A stretch of 20,000 bases of DNA from an uncultured virus (IMG/VR IMGVR_UViG_3300046009_005838) (IMGVR_UViG_3300046009_005838), one strand, 5' to 3'. Shown: positions 6,083 to 14,354, counted from the stretch's first letter. Notes: generated by a model not told the origin, from the letters alone. Translations and numbers: made by a program.

Positions 6083-8362
6083 TTAAGCCGGTTGTTGAGG
6101 TTGCTGTTGTGGTTGTTGCTGTTGCTGCATTTGTTGAGCCTCAATTCCTGCGACCTTGGCATCATAGCCCATAGCCGCCTTCACCATATCAGCTTCAACC
6201 TTTTTATCAGTGTTTGCACTTGCCGTCATAGCCTGCATTTCTGCGACTTGCTTGTTGGCATCAGTTACTTGCTTGGTATTAACCGCGCCCATGATCTTGT
6301 CAAACAATGCTTGGCCTTCCGCAGCCGCTTTGTTCTGTTGAACCTTCCAACTAACATAAGCCTTCATCTCAGACCATGTAGTCATGCTCTCAATCTTGAT
6401 AACATCTTCCATGTCAACCTGACCAGTCTGCATTAAGATTCTCAAGTCAGCAGATAATTGCTGCTTCTGTTTCTCGTCAACATAATCCTCAAAGTCAACC
6501 CGAACCAACAAGGTTTCGAAAAGTGACTTCTTCATTTCTTTCATGAAGAAAATGCCTCGTTCCCCAATTACTGATTCCGTCTGAGCAATATCGCCTCTAG
6601 CAACGCTGAGTTTCATTTGCTCAAGAGAATACTGCATAACGCCAGCCATAAATTGACCGTGAGCATAGTAAATGTACTGCATGTTATTCAACGATGCATC
6701 CATTGTCGCTTGCTGAGTATCGTAGCCAACATATCCCTTCTGAGTACCCAAGCCAATATCCGAAAGATTCAAAATATCCTTCATCATTGTTTCCTTCTGC
6801 TTCCAAAGATTCAGATAGCTCATTGCAATTGCTGCAGTTGACATATCGATCCGGTACATCGGAGGCTTATTGTTCGAAGGATTGTCCAAGTCCATATCTT
6901 GCGTTTCCACAAGAATCCTTGTCTTCTTGATTTCTTCAAGAGCCTCGAACGGAGTAGTCACATTCTGGAATGTTTCACCGCGAAGCCCCATCACAATCCC
7001 CATATCGAAACCAACCATCTCACGGAACTTGTAGTCCAGCATCGAAAGGTCATTCTGAGTCTGGCGAACTTGGTCAACAATAGATTTATTGTACCCTTGG
7101 TAAGTCTGTGGCTGAACGTAAAACAGTGGGCAAAATAATTGTGACTTGTCCATCGGGTTACGGATCTCATCGCAAATGCCTTCGTCAACAATCCATTTGT
7201 TCGCTATCAATGTAGCAGTTCTCCAAACCTCAACCATCTCCCCTTTAGCCTTTGATGAAGGGCTAACATAGAAAACTTTGTTGTTTGGATCATTCCTATC
7301 CGGCAACTCTCTAGTGTCAACAAGAGATTTCCAATAAGCCTTGCATACGGAAAGATTCTTGATCCGATCTTGGTCCATCTTGTACCATCCGAATCCCCAT
7401 CCGCCATATTGAACTTGGTTGGCAATAATAAACTCGCCATCGCAGTTTGCGATCTTGTTCATTACGTCCTTACCATACTTCTTCACTAATTGTTTTCCCC
7501 ACTTCGCTTGAATGTGGTTCGGAGTAAATGGACGAAGCCATCCTCTGAGAACATCATTGTGCCCAAAGTCATCATCTTCTAAAGACTGAGCAATCTGACA
7601 CCACGGTGGAACAATATCCCACGAAGGCCATCCGCCACGTTTAACAATATCAATCATCGCCCGACCTCCACCGATCACATGCATGATCGACTTAAATCCG
7701 GTTGTCGTGTAGTTGTTTTTTACTCTGATTTGATTCAGTAAATCCGTTCCGTAAATCTCTGCCGTAGTGGTCGGATTCTGAAAAAAGTATTTTTCAGCCT
7801 GCTCTTTTGAGTAAACATCTTGCCCTCCCGTTGGCTCGAATCGGATACCAAGTTCTTGAGCAAGTTCCTTGAAGAAAGGTGCTTGATCGTATTTTAAGTA
7901 AGCAAGTTTTAATCGCTTGTTGAGTTTGCTTTGAGCCTTTTGATCGTAAGACTTTACAACAGCTTTGCTTGAACGAAGTATTTTTAGATACTGGTTAGCA
8001 AGGTGACTTGTGAATCGCCAAACCTCTTTACCTGGTTGCCATGGTGCACCAATCTCTCCCCCTGCCTGAATCTGAGTCAAGAAACCCATATCTCGGTTGA
8101 TTTGATCTCCCTGAATATAAGTGAAGTTCTCCCAAGCACGGTCAGCCTCGCCCATTAGCCACCAAGGATTGTTTGCTAACTGATCACTTCCCGTTGCATT
8201 ATTCCTTTTGTTGAAAAAACTCGCAACGTATCGAACATTGTCAGCATACCAGTTGTCAAGCGGATTTTTGTCCCTAGCCGTTGAATAGTGTTTAATTATT
8301 TCATCCATCGACAAATCCTGTCGTGGCTGATAGCCTGAGAATATGTAGGTATTGTCGTTCAT
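6083..8362 (-). CDS. Probable portal protein (759 aa), reminiscent of crAss-like/Bacteroidota phage portals
   Basis: Size, the SIVDQVRQTQNDLSMLDYKFREMVGFDMG segment, the MKDILNLSDIGLG...VG...QATMDAS segment and a Gln-rich C-terminal tail are typical of portals. Confidence 0.72.
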   Translation of the reverse strand: MNDNTYIFSGYQPRQDLSMDEIIKHYSTARDKNPLDNWYADNVRYVASFFNKRNNATGSDQLANNPWWLMGEADRAWENFTYIQGDQINRDMGFLTQIQAGGEIGAPWQPGKEVWRFTSHLANQYLKILRSSKAVVKSYDQKAQSKLNKRLKLAYLKYDQAPFFKELAQELGIRFEPTGGQDVYSKEQAEKYFFQNPTTTAEIYGTDLLNQIRVKNNYTTTGFKSIMHVIGGGRAMIDIVKRGGWPSWDIVPPWCQIAQSLEDDDFGHNDVLRGWLRPFTPNHIQAKWGKQLVKKYGKDVMNKIANCDGEFIIANQVQYGGWGFGWYKMDQDRIKNLSVCKAYWKSLVDTRELPDRNDPNNKVFYVSPSSKAKGEMVEVWRTATLIANKWIVDEGICDEIRNPMDKSQLFCPLFYVQPQTYQGYNKSIVDQVRQTQNDLSMLDYKFREMVGFDMGIVMGLRGETFQNVTTPFEALEEIKKTRILVETQDMDLDNPSNNKPPMYRIDMSTAAIAMSYLNLWKQKETMMKDILNLSDIGLGTQKGYVGYDTQQATMDASLNNMQYIYYAHGQFMAGVMQYSLEQMKLSVARGDIAQTESVIGERGIFFMKEMKKSLFETLLVRVDFEDYVDEKQKQQLSADLRILMQTGQVDMEDVIKIESMTTWSEMKAYVSWKVQQNKAAAEGQALFDKIMGAVNTKQVTDANKQVAEMQAMTASANTDKKVEADMVKAAMGYDAKVAGIEAQQMQQQQQPQQQPQQPA

Positions 8363-8580
8363 ATAGACGACTTGGTTACATTATTTAAACTGATCCTACG
8401 CAAGTCGTGAATTTTCTGCATGCCAGAAACATCATTAGCGTCCTCAGTTTCTTTTGGGCTAACAACAGCAAAGGTTTGGATACCATCTTGCATGCTTCCC
8501 TCCATGAATATCCCATGGAAGTACCCATCAATCCAAGGCGTACTAGGTCTGTTATCTTTTTTGAAAAAACACTTCTTCAT
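8359..8580 (-). CDS. Hypothetical protein (73 aa)
   Basis: Start at ATG 8580 (MKKCFFKK). Stop overlaps the portal start (ATGA). Confidence 0.65.
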   Translation of the reverse strand: MKKCFFKKDNRPSTPWIDGYFHGIFMEGSMQDGIQTFAVVSPKETEDANDVSGMQKIHDLRRISLNNVTKSSI

Positions 8581-8585
8581 GGAAA

Positions 8586-8594
8586 GCAAATGTA
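8586..8594 (-). promoter_or_regulatory. Bacteroidota -7 element (TACATTTGC)
   Basis: TAnnTTTG ending 6 nt upstream of ATG 8580. The same 9-mer occurs at 13127-13135 and 14597-14605. Confidence 0.65.
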
Positions 8595-8608
8595 AAAGAA
8601 AAAATCAT

Positions 8609-9313
8609 TCAATTTAAAATTATTTCACCTTCAATCGGACAACAAAGCTCAGGATAAAATTCCCACGTTTCTGGAATCCAATTATTGCCTCCCCAAGCAG
8701 TAGAGTTTCTTCCCGCAACAACAATAGCATCCGTGCCGTTTATATTGTGCAGACCATGTATCGCCCCTCCATTTACCCAAGCTGAACATATCGGCTTTCT
8801 GATAATGGAATTGCGAATGATATTAGTTGTTTCGTAAATAATAATCTGTTGGCTTGCCAAAAGTGTCGTGCAAACATACATAGGAGCCTTGTGCCAACTG
8901 ACAATAAACCTACGAAATGGAGCCGCGCCATCAGTTCTGTAGTAAACATATTCCAATGGATTCGGACTCGCCCCTGCAATGCCAGTGTGAATGTCGTGAA
9001 ACGGTCCCATAATGCAGTTCTTTGGAATGAAAGGATTTGCCGTTGGTATTGCAAAGGGCGTGAAAGCAAATGGTTGCCCAGCAGAAAATGACACCCACCC
9101 ATTGCTGCCAATCCAAACTTGATTATATTTAATGCCCCAAAAGCAGAAGTCAAAGCCTATCGGAAACGGTCCGCGAACCTGATCGTCAGTATAGGCTAAC
9201 AATGTTCCTTGTGGAAGCGGCAAAGTATCAAAAGGAACTTGAGAAAAAGAATACGCTTGGCCATAAGCCTTTACGCTCATTGCGACAACAAATATTGCCG
9301 ACAGTAGCTTCAT
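8609..9313 (-). CDS. Secreted NIDO-like domain protein (234 aa)
   Basis: Signal peptide ending YG-Q. TDDQVRGPFPIGFDFCFWGIKYNQVWIGSNGWVSF...IMGPFHDI...APFRRFIVSW is the nidogen-like N-terminal module common in Bacteroidota T9SS cargo proteins. Confidence 0.75.
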   Translation of the reverse strand: MKLLSAIFVVAMSVKAYGQAYSFSQVPFDTLPLPQGTLLAYTDDQVRGPFPIGFDFCFWGIKYNQVWIGSNGWVSFSAGQPFAFTPFAIPTANPFIPKNCIMGPFHDIHTGIAGASPNPLEYVYYRTDGAAPFRRFIVSWHKAPMYVCTTLLASQQIIIYETTNIIRNSIIRKPICSAWVNGGAIHGLHNINGTDAIVVAGRNSTAWGGNNWIPETWEFYPELCCPIEGEIILN

Positions 9314-9912
9314 CAGTACGTTATGTGACGCTCAATCTTTATTGTAGAAAGTATCTGCTTGAAGTGCTCGTCCTTTGCTAGTTTCGCGTTACCGTTAGCA
9401 ATGCCTTGCTCATAAACATAGAACAAGTCGCCAATATCAATCGAGTCGGGCTGGTGCCGCCCAAGTGACATCGTTGCTGAATAAATTATAACCTTGTCTT
9501 TGAAGAACTCAGGATCTTTAGCCTTCAATGTTTCGATTCCAATAGCATTTGCCTCTGTGTCATTAGATGCTGGAACAATAGCCATCGCAGGATGAGTCAC
9601 CCCTTGAACAGGATCAGTAAACAATACCTGAACCACAAACGGAATCTTTCCTTTCGAGTAAGCATTCTTTAACTCTAGGTCAAACTGATATTGAGCTTCC
9701 GCATCTTTCTCAAAGTCCTCAAAAGATTCTTGTTGCTCCTTGAAATCAAAGAACAATCCAACAATCGAAGCTATCGAAAATCCCGTTCCCATTATTCCAG
9801 AGAACAAAATCATATCCACGTGACCAATGCCAATCGCCACCATCAAAGAAATCATTGATATCAGCGTTGCAGCAGCCGAAATTCGAGCAAGCAATATTCC
9901 GTTGTAGATCAT
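9313..9912 (-). CDS. Hypothetical membrane protein (two N-terminal TMs, 199 aa)
   Basis: ORF track, hydrophobic N-terminus, TGATG coupling. Confidence 0.75.
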   Translation of the reverse strand: MIYNGILLARISAAATLISMISLMVAIGIGHVDMILFSGIMGTGFSIASIVGLFFDFKEQQESFEDFEKDAEAQYQFDLELKNAYSKGKIPFVVQVLFTDPVQGVTHPAMAIVPASNDTEANAIGIETLKAKDPEFFKDKVIIYSATMSLGRHQPDSIDIGDLFYVYEQGIANGNAKLAKDEHFKQILSTIKIERHITY

Positions 9913-9932
9913 AACTGAGTCTTGTCTTCAAT

Positions 9933-10388
9933 TTATTCTTGAACAATTGCCGCTTTAGAAGCCTCCAAATATGGAGCTAGAAATTTTGACTTGTCAATCA
10001 CATTAGCATAGTGAGCAAGTTCATCAAAATCCCATTCGTTCTCCTTAATCACCAATCGCTGACGTTCCATAATAGACTTCGCCTCGGTAATGAATTCATT
10101 GGCGCGATCAATCTCAGCCTCCATGTACTTGTTCTCGGTTAGCAATCTATCGTGGTTCTGCCTCCAGCTAGTTGCCAACTCAGATTGCTCAAGAAATTCC
10201 TGTCGCGTTGGAGAAGCCGCAAGTTTCTTCTTGTACTGATCTTTCTGAACTGACTCAAGAGCCAACCTTCCCTTTACTTCTTTAAGCAAATGAAAGAGTC
10301 TGAATATCCGAAAGGCCATTACGAATACTGCCACTACCAAGACGGCAATGATTGAGATTGAGGTAAGTGCTTCTGTGGTCATTTGCAT
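9933..10388 (-). CDS. Single-TM coiled-coil protein (151 aa)
   Basis: N-terminal TM followed by a charged helical region. Confidence 0.75.
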   Translation of the reverse strand: MQMTTEALTSISIIAVLVVAVFVMAFRIFRLFHLLKEVKGRLALESVQKDQYKKKLAASPTRQEFLEQSELATSWRQNHDRLLTENKYMEAEIDRANEFITEAKSIMERQRLVIKENEWDFDELAHYANVIDKSKFLAPYLEASKAAIVQE

Positions 10389-10403
10389 TTAGTTAAAAGT
10401 TTC

Positions 10404-10411
10404 CAAAGATA
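10404..10411 (-). promoter_or_regulatory. Bacteroidota -7 element (TATCTTTG)
   Basis: TAnnTTTG in the 23-nt gap, 15 nt upstream of ATG 10388. Confidence 0.5.
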
Positions 10412-10798
10412 TTAATTTACAACTTCCTCAGTCACTTCAACATCAGACACCGGAAACTTTTTGCTCACAACATTCTCAAGATACCACTCAGAAAAAGCAA
10501 AGCCCCAAACCTGGCGAATCCCGTCATCAAAGTCAGCATCCTTGAGCAAGCCGCCCCGACCGTTTGCAGATACATAGCGAACAATTGCCAACCACTTCTT
10601 CCGTTGCTCGGTCAGAATGTGAGCAAGTGTCTTGTCGCTTTGGCGCTTCCGCTTTGCCCTCTCTTCCAAGACCTCGTGCTTGCAAAGATCCGTTAATACA
10701 TTACTGACCATTATACTGAATGGTTTGTCCTCCTGCTTCTTCATGCATTCATACATGCAAGCAACGATTTCTCTCGCGTGTTCTCTTGAGCGTTTCAT
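10412..10798 (-). CDS. Hypothetical protein (128 aa)
   Basis: ORF track. Packs tightly with its neighbours. Confidence 0.75.
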   Translation of the reverse strand: MKRSREHAREIVACMYECMKKQEDKPFSIMVSNVLTDLCKHEVLEERAKRKRQSDKTLAHILTEQRKKWLAIVRYVSANGRGGLLKDADFDDGIRQVWGFAFSEWYLENVVSKKFPVSDVEVTEEVVN

Positions 10799-10804
10799 AT
10801 TTAG

Positions 10805-11092
10805 TTATTGGGTTAAAATGGATAGTTTAAACTTCTCGGCAATCATAAATTCAAAGGACGCACCCTCGCTTCTCTCCCAGCCTTCGAGCATGTAAATGCA
10901 ATCGCAATCCATAAGAGCAATGATACACTCTTTCATGTAAGACTCCCAGCTCTTGTCGTGGTCGTGTGGCAAGTTCATCGGGTTGACAACTTCCATCCCC
11001 GCTGATTTCAGTCGGCATTCTGCTTCTGAAAAAGCAGCCCTCGCTTGCTCAATCGGTAACCCTGTGATCTGGCCTGCAATGTAAGTTTTCAT
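10805..11092 (-). CDS. DUF4406-like (nucleoside 2-deoxyribosyltransferase-fold) protein (95 aa)
   Basis: MKTYIAGQITG...F..AE..L...G..VVNP...WESYMKECI..LMDCDCIYML.GWE.SEGA..E. Start at ATG 11092 (ATGA overlap). Confidence 0.85.
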   Translation of the reverse strand: MKTYIAGQITGLPIEQARAAFSEAECRLKSAGMEVVNPMNLPHDHDKSWESYMKECIIALMDCDCIYMLEGWERSEGASFEFMIAEKFKLSILTQ

Positions 11093-11763
11093 GGTTGGTA
11101 AAGTTCTTTTAAATATTTTCCCCATTGGTTAGCCATTGCTTCGGCTATACCTGGAAATGTTTTTGATCTTACTTTGCTTCGTTCTGATGATTTGAGTTTA
11201 AAGGCATCTGCATACCATTTAGGCTGTCTTTTTAACTTGCCACTTTTACCATCAATCCATTCAAACATCTCACCCTTTCCAACGTGTGTTACTTCATCAT
11301 CAAATAAATTAGGAGATGAGTTATGATATAATGCTGGTAAGTTTTGTAGCCATAAACAAGTTGTCTTTTGCGCTTCGTCACCAAAAAAGTATGGCTGAAT
11401 TTTTTGTGTTGGTGGCTTATAAATCTTGCTCATTATTCCAATCGGATTCTCAATAGCAATATGTTTAATGGGAGCATTAACCATTGCCATAAAAAAATCA
11501 ATACCTTCTTGTTGCCGTCCGTCTGCCCTTTTCTTTTCGAAATGCGGAGCGCCCGAAACGGCCAAATGTGTGCAAGGAGGAAAAGCAATCATCGCATTCC
11601 ATCCGTCATTGATAATATCAAATACGCTTCCTTGGTAATGTTTAGCATCAGGGTTTCTGTTTGGCTGCAAGTCGCAGGACCAAGCATCAAATCCAAGTGC
11701 TTCAAATCGACCTCTGACTTCATCAGATTCTTCGCAAGCTATTAAAATGCGCAATTCGTTCAT
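11089..11763 (-). CDS. Phage DNA cytosine-C5 methyltransferase-like protein (224 aa)
   Basis: ILIACEESDEVR...AWSCD...IAFPPCTHLAVSGA (PC motif), IAIENP (ENV-like) and KTTCLWL...RSKTFPGIAEAMANQWG. Confidence 0.8.
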   Translation of the reverse strand: MNELRILIACEESDEVRGRFEALGFDAWSCDLQPNRNPDAKHYQGSVFDIINDGWNAMIAFPPCTHLAVSGAPHFEKKRADGRQQEGIDFFMAMVNAPIKHIAIENPIGIMSKIYKPPTQKIQPYFFGDEAQKTTCLWLQNLPALYHNSSPNLFDDEVTHVGKGEMFEWIDGKSGKLKRQPKWYADAFKLKSSERSKVRSKTFPGIAEAMANQWGKYLKELYQP

Positions 11764-12125
11764 GGTTGGTCGTTTTCGGTTTCGTCTGCAAATGGATTGT
11801 CTGAATTATCTCCAGTGTATTCTACGTACTCAGCATACATCTTAATCATCGCTGCTACGTTCACTCTGCCATTGGCTTTGATCTCATCTAAAATATCAGC
11901 AAGAAAAGCCTTGTGGTGACTATCTTGTTTCTTGACAAATATATACCCATTTGGCAAATAAAAAAAGGTGAAATCAAAATCTACAAAATCTTTAATCTCA
12001 TCCCTCATGTACTCCCAATAAACAGGCTTGCCAGCGCGAACCCTTCTGACATTCTTCTTAAACTCTTGGGTGTACACCACTTGCCTCCAGTTAGGCATCT
12101 TTTCTTTTTCTTGAGTAGCTTCCAT
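11760..12125 (-). CDS. Hypothetical protein (121 aa)
   Basis: ORF track. ATGA overlap with the MTase. Confidence 0.75.
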   Translation of the reverse strand: MEATQEKEKMPNWRQVVYTQEFKKNVRRVRAGKPVYWEYMRDEIKDFVDFDFTFFYLPNGYIFVKKQDSHHKAFLADILDEIKANGRVNVAAMIKMYAEYVEYTGDNSDNPFADETENDQP

Positions 12126-12127
12126 TT

Positions 12128-13120
12128 TTACAGTAGTCTAAATTTTTTAACATCCCGAAGGCATGATGAATGAAGTCTTAAATTGCTCGGATTCAAATAA
12201 GGCTCAGATTCAGTCGGCAATAGTTCCAAGGTTACAGAATCATAGTACCTCAAAGGATTGTTCACGCTGTGAAAGATTCGGCACTCAGAGCAAGCGTTAA
12301 ACTTGAAGTCAGCGTTGACATAATCTCTTATCCTGTCGTACTTCGGACTTCGAATATCCTTCACGTATTTCGAATACTTCCTAGTGTAAACCCTAGCCTT
12401 TTCCCGTCTGCATTTCTTGCAATCATAATGCATCGCAGTCACCCTTCCTCTCGCAGCGGCTAATGGCGTTACTCGCTTGCTAAATTCATCCAACGGATAA
12501 TAATCAGCGCAAGTGTTGCATTGTCTTTCGCCTTCCTTCAAGTCGTCAATCCGTTCGTTGTCCTCAACAGATCCTTTTGCCCTCGTGTCACGTTCCTTCT
12601 GTGGGCTATCCTTGTCTGCTAGAATCAACTTTCTGGTTTTGCTTGAAGTTCGCCTCGCGCCACCTCGCTTCGGTCGCTTAGAGAACATCTCCTGCGCGCA
12701 ATCATTACAGAAGAAGTAGGCATTCTTAAACTTGCTGTTAGATGCAAAGACAGAATAAGGTTTGGTAGCATTCTTATCCTCGTAAGCATAAGAGATTTCT
12801 TCATTCTCACTACCGCATCTTTGACATGGACATTCCGAGAGAACAAATACATTGTACCTTGCCATCTTCAAATACCTCTCAGCAGACAATCTTGACTTAG
12901 GTAAGAACGTGCTTAGAGTTAGCATATAAGTGTGAGGAACTTTCAATGCCTGAGTTGGCATATCCTCGTGCGGATCTACACCGTCACACTCTCTGCAATA
13001 CTTGTTGACATACTCTTTCCCGTGGGCAAAATCATTCATCGGTTTAGCCTTGCAACACTTGGTGCAATACTTCTTTGGTCCTTCTAAAAATAGCCTCGGT
13101 AGCTGGGTTAAAATGCTCAT
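12128..13120 (-). CDS. Multi-CxxC zinc-finger protein, possibly degenerate HNH-associated (330 aa)
   Basis: CTKC/CREC, CQRC/CNDC, CNTC/CKKC and CSEC/HSSC pairs. First gene of the leftward arm. Confidence 0.75.
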   Translation of the reverse strand: MSILTQLPRLFLEGPKKYCTKCCKAKPMNDFAHGKEYVNKYCRECDGVDPHEDMPTQALKVPHTYMLTLSTFLPKSRLSAERYLKMARYNVFVLSECPCQRCGSENEEISYAYEDKNATKPYSVFASNSKFKNAYFFCNDCAQEMFSKRPKRGGARRTSSKTRKLILADKDSPQKERDTRAKGSVEDNERIDDLKEGERQCNTCADYYPLDEFSKRVTPLAAARGRVTAMHYDCKKCRREKARVYTRKYSKYVKDIRSPKYDRIRDYVNADFKFNACSECRIFHSVNNPLRYYDSVTLELLPTESEPYLNPSNLRLHSSCLRDVKKFRLL

Positions 13121-13126
13121 GATTGG

Positions 13127-13135
13127 GCAAATGTA
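13127..13135 (-). promoter_or_regulatory. Leftward-arm promoter -7 element (TACATTTGC)
   Basis: TAnnTTTG ending 7 nt upstream of ATG 13120. Confidence 0.7.
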
Positions 13136-13582
13136 AATATTTGTATTTAAAAATCAAAATCACACCCCCTCTGGATCGAAGCCCCGAAGAGTTATAAATT
13201 CTATGTGTGCTTAGATATAAAAGGAAAGCAAACAAAAATAATCCCTATGAGAATTTTTAAGAAACAATGTTATGAAAAGTTATATAATTCAGAATCAAAA
13301 GTATAGTACACTTTTAAAACTAAAAAATATATAATTTTCAAAGTGTGTTTCAAAAAAGTACTCCAAGTCATTCTTTGACATCTTAATCCCCAACAAATAA
13401 AGGTAGTCTAACTAAAAATAATGTTCCAGACAATCGGATTCAATCTGAAAAATCCTTAGTTTAAAAGTGTAAACTGCAACCTTTGACATCCCAAATGTAT
13501 TAGCACAATGCAACTTTGTGTTATCACTTTTATCCAAATGTGTAAACAGTTTAATACCTCTTGCCATCCCAAATCACTAAAA

Positions 13583-13640
13583 CTATTAGACACTTTCTTC
13601 TCTTTTTGCCCTTTTTCAGCCAAATTCTATTAGACACTTT
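13583..13640 (+). repeat. 14-bp direct repeat CTATTAGACACTTT x2
   Basis: Copies at 13583-13596 and 13627-13640. Confidence 0.85.
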
Positions 13641-14236
13641 TTGTCACAACTAACCCAAACAACCAAAAATGACCTCTTTTTACCCTCTTTTTTTTGTAAC
13701 TCATTGACAACCAAATACCCAACTCACGAACATTTACACTTTTATGCGTTTTTGGATTTTGCCGTTTTTAACATGCTATTATATGTAACTCTTTTTAAAG
13801 CATAGTTCGTAAATTTATTTGAAACGTATCGCGCAGGGGTAGAGTATATACTGTACCCAGACGGGCCGGCGGGCAAAAAAAACAGCCCCACCCACCTAAC
13901 CCACCCCACCCCCTCGAGAAAAACGCAAACCAAACCAAACAACGACACAGAAAAAAAGAAAATCGAAACCCGAACCCACGCAAGCAAGCATACATACATA
14001 AGAACCACAAAGAACCGCGCCCGCCCGCCTGCCAACATAGAAAGAAACCGACACAACCGAACCATTGTATCGGAAAAGGATCGGACCAACAGCACGACAA
14101 TAGGAAACCAGGCAAACCAGATCATGCAAACGGGCAAACCTGCAGAAGATCGAAAGAAAATTTCCTTTACAAGACCAATCCGCCAACCAAACCAACCCAA
14201 ACCACCGGCAAAGGACCAAGAGAGAGAACCACCAAA

Positions 14237-14344
14237 CAGAACATAATTTTGTGGGACAGGTAAAAGCAGAATAAAATTTTGTATTAAAAGGTAAATGCAG
14301 AACAATATTTTGTTTAACACAGAAAGGACGAAACATTATTTTGT
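14237..14344. repeat. Four phased ~16-bp repeats, consensus CAGAACAWWATTTTGT
   Basis: Starts at 14237, 14267, 14298 and 14329 (30/31/31 bp period). Confidence 0.85.
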
Positions 14345-14354
14345 TAGCCAATAT

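Noticed and set aside
6092..7440. Small ORFs inside the portal gene
   Set aside because: Fully nested in the 759-aa CDS with no recognisable motifs.
13766..13790. dif/Xer-like site (TTTTAACATGCTATTATATGTAACT)
   Set aside because: Arm spacing is shorter than the 28-bp dif geometry and the XerD arm is mismatched.
13742..14351. Three overlapping minus-strand ORFs (192, 106, 151 aa)
   Set aside because: Shadow ORFs: the plus strand is T-poor, so the minus strand lacks the A needed for stop codons. Products are F/L/V/G/W/C low-complexity and all frames are open.
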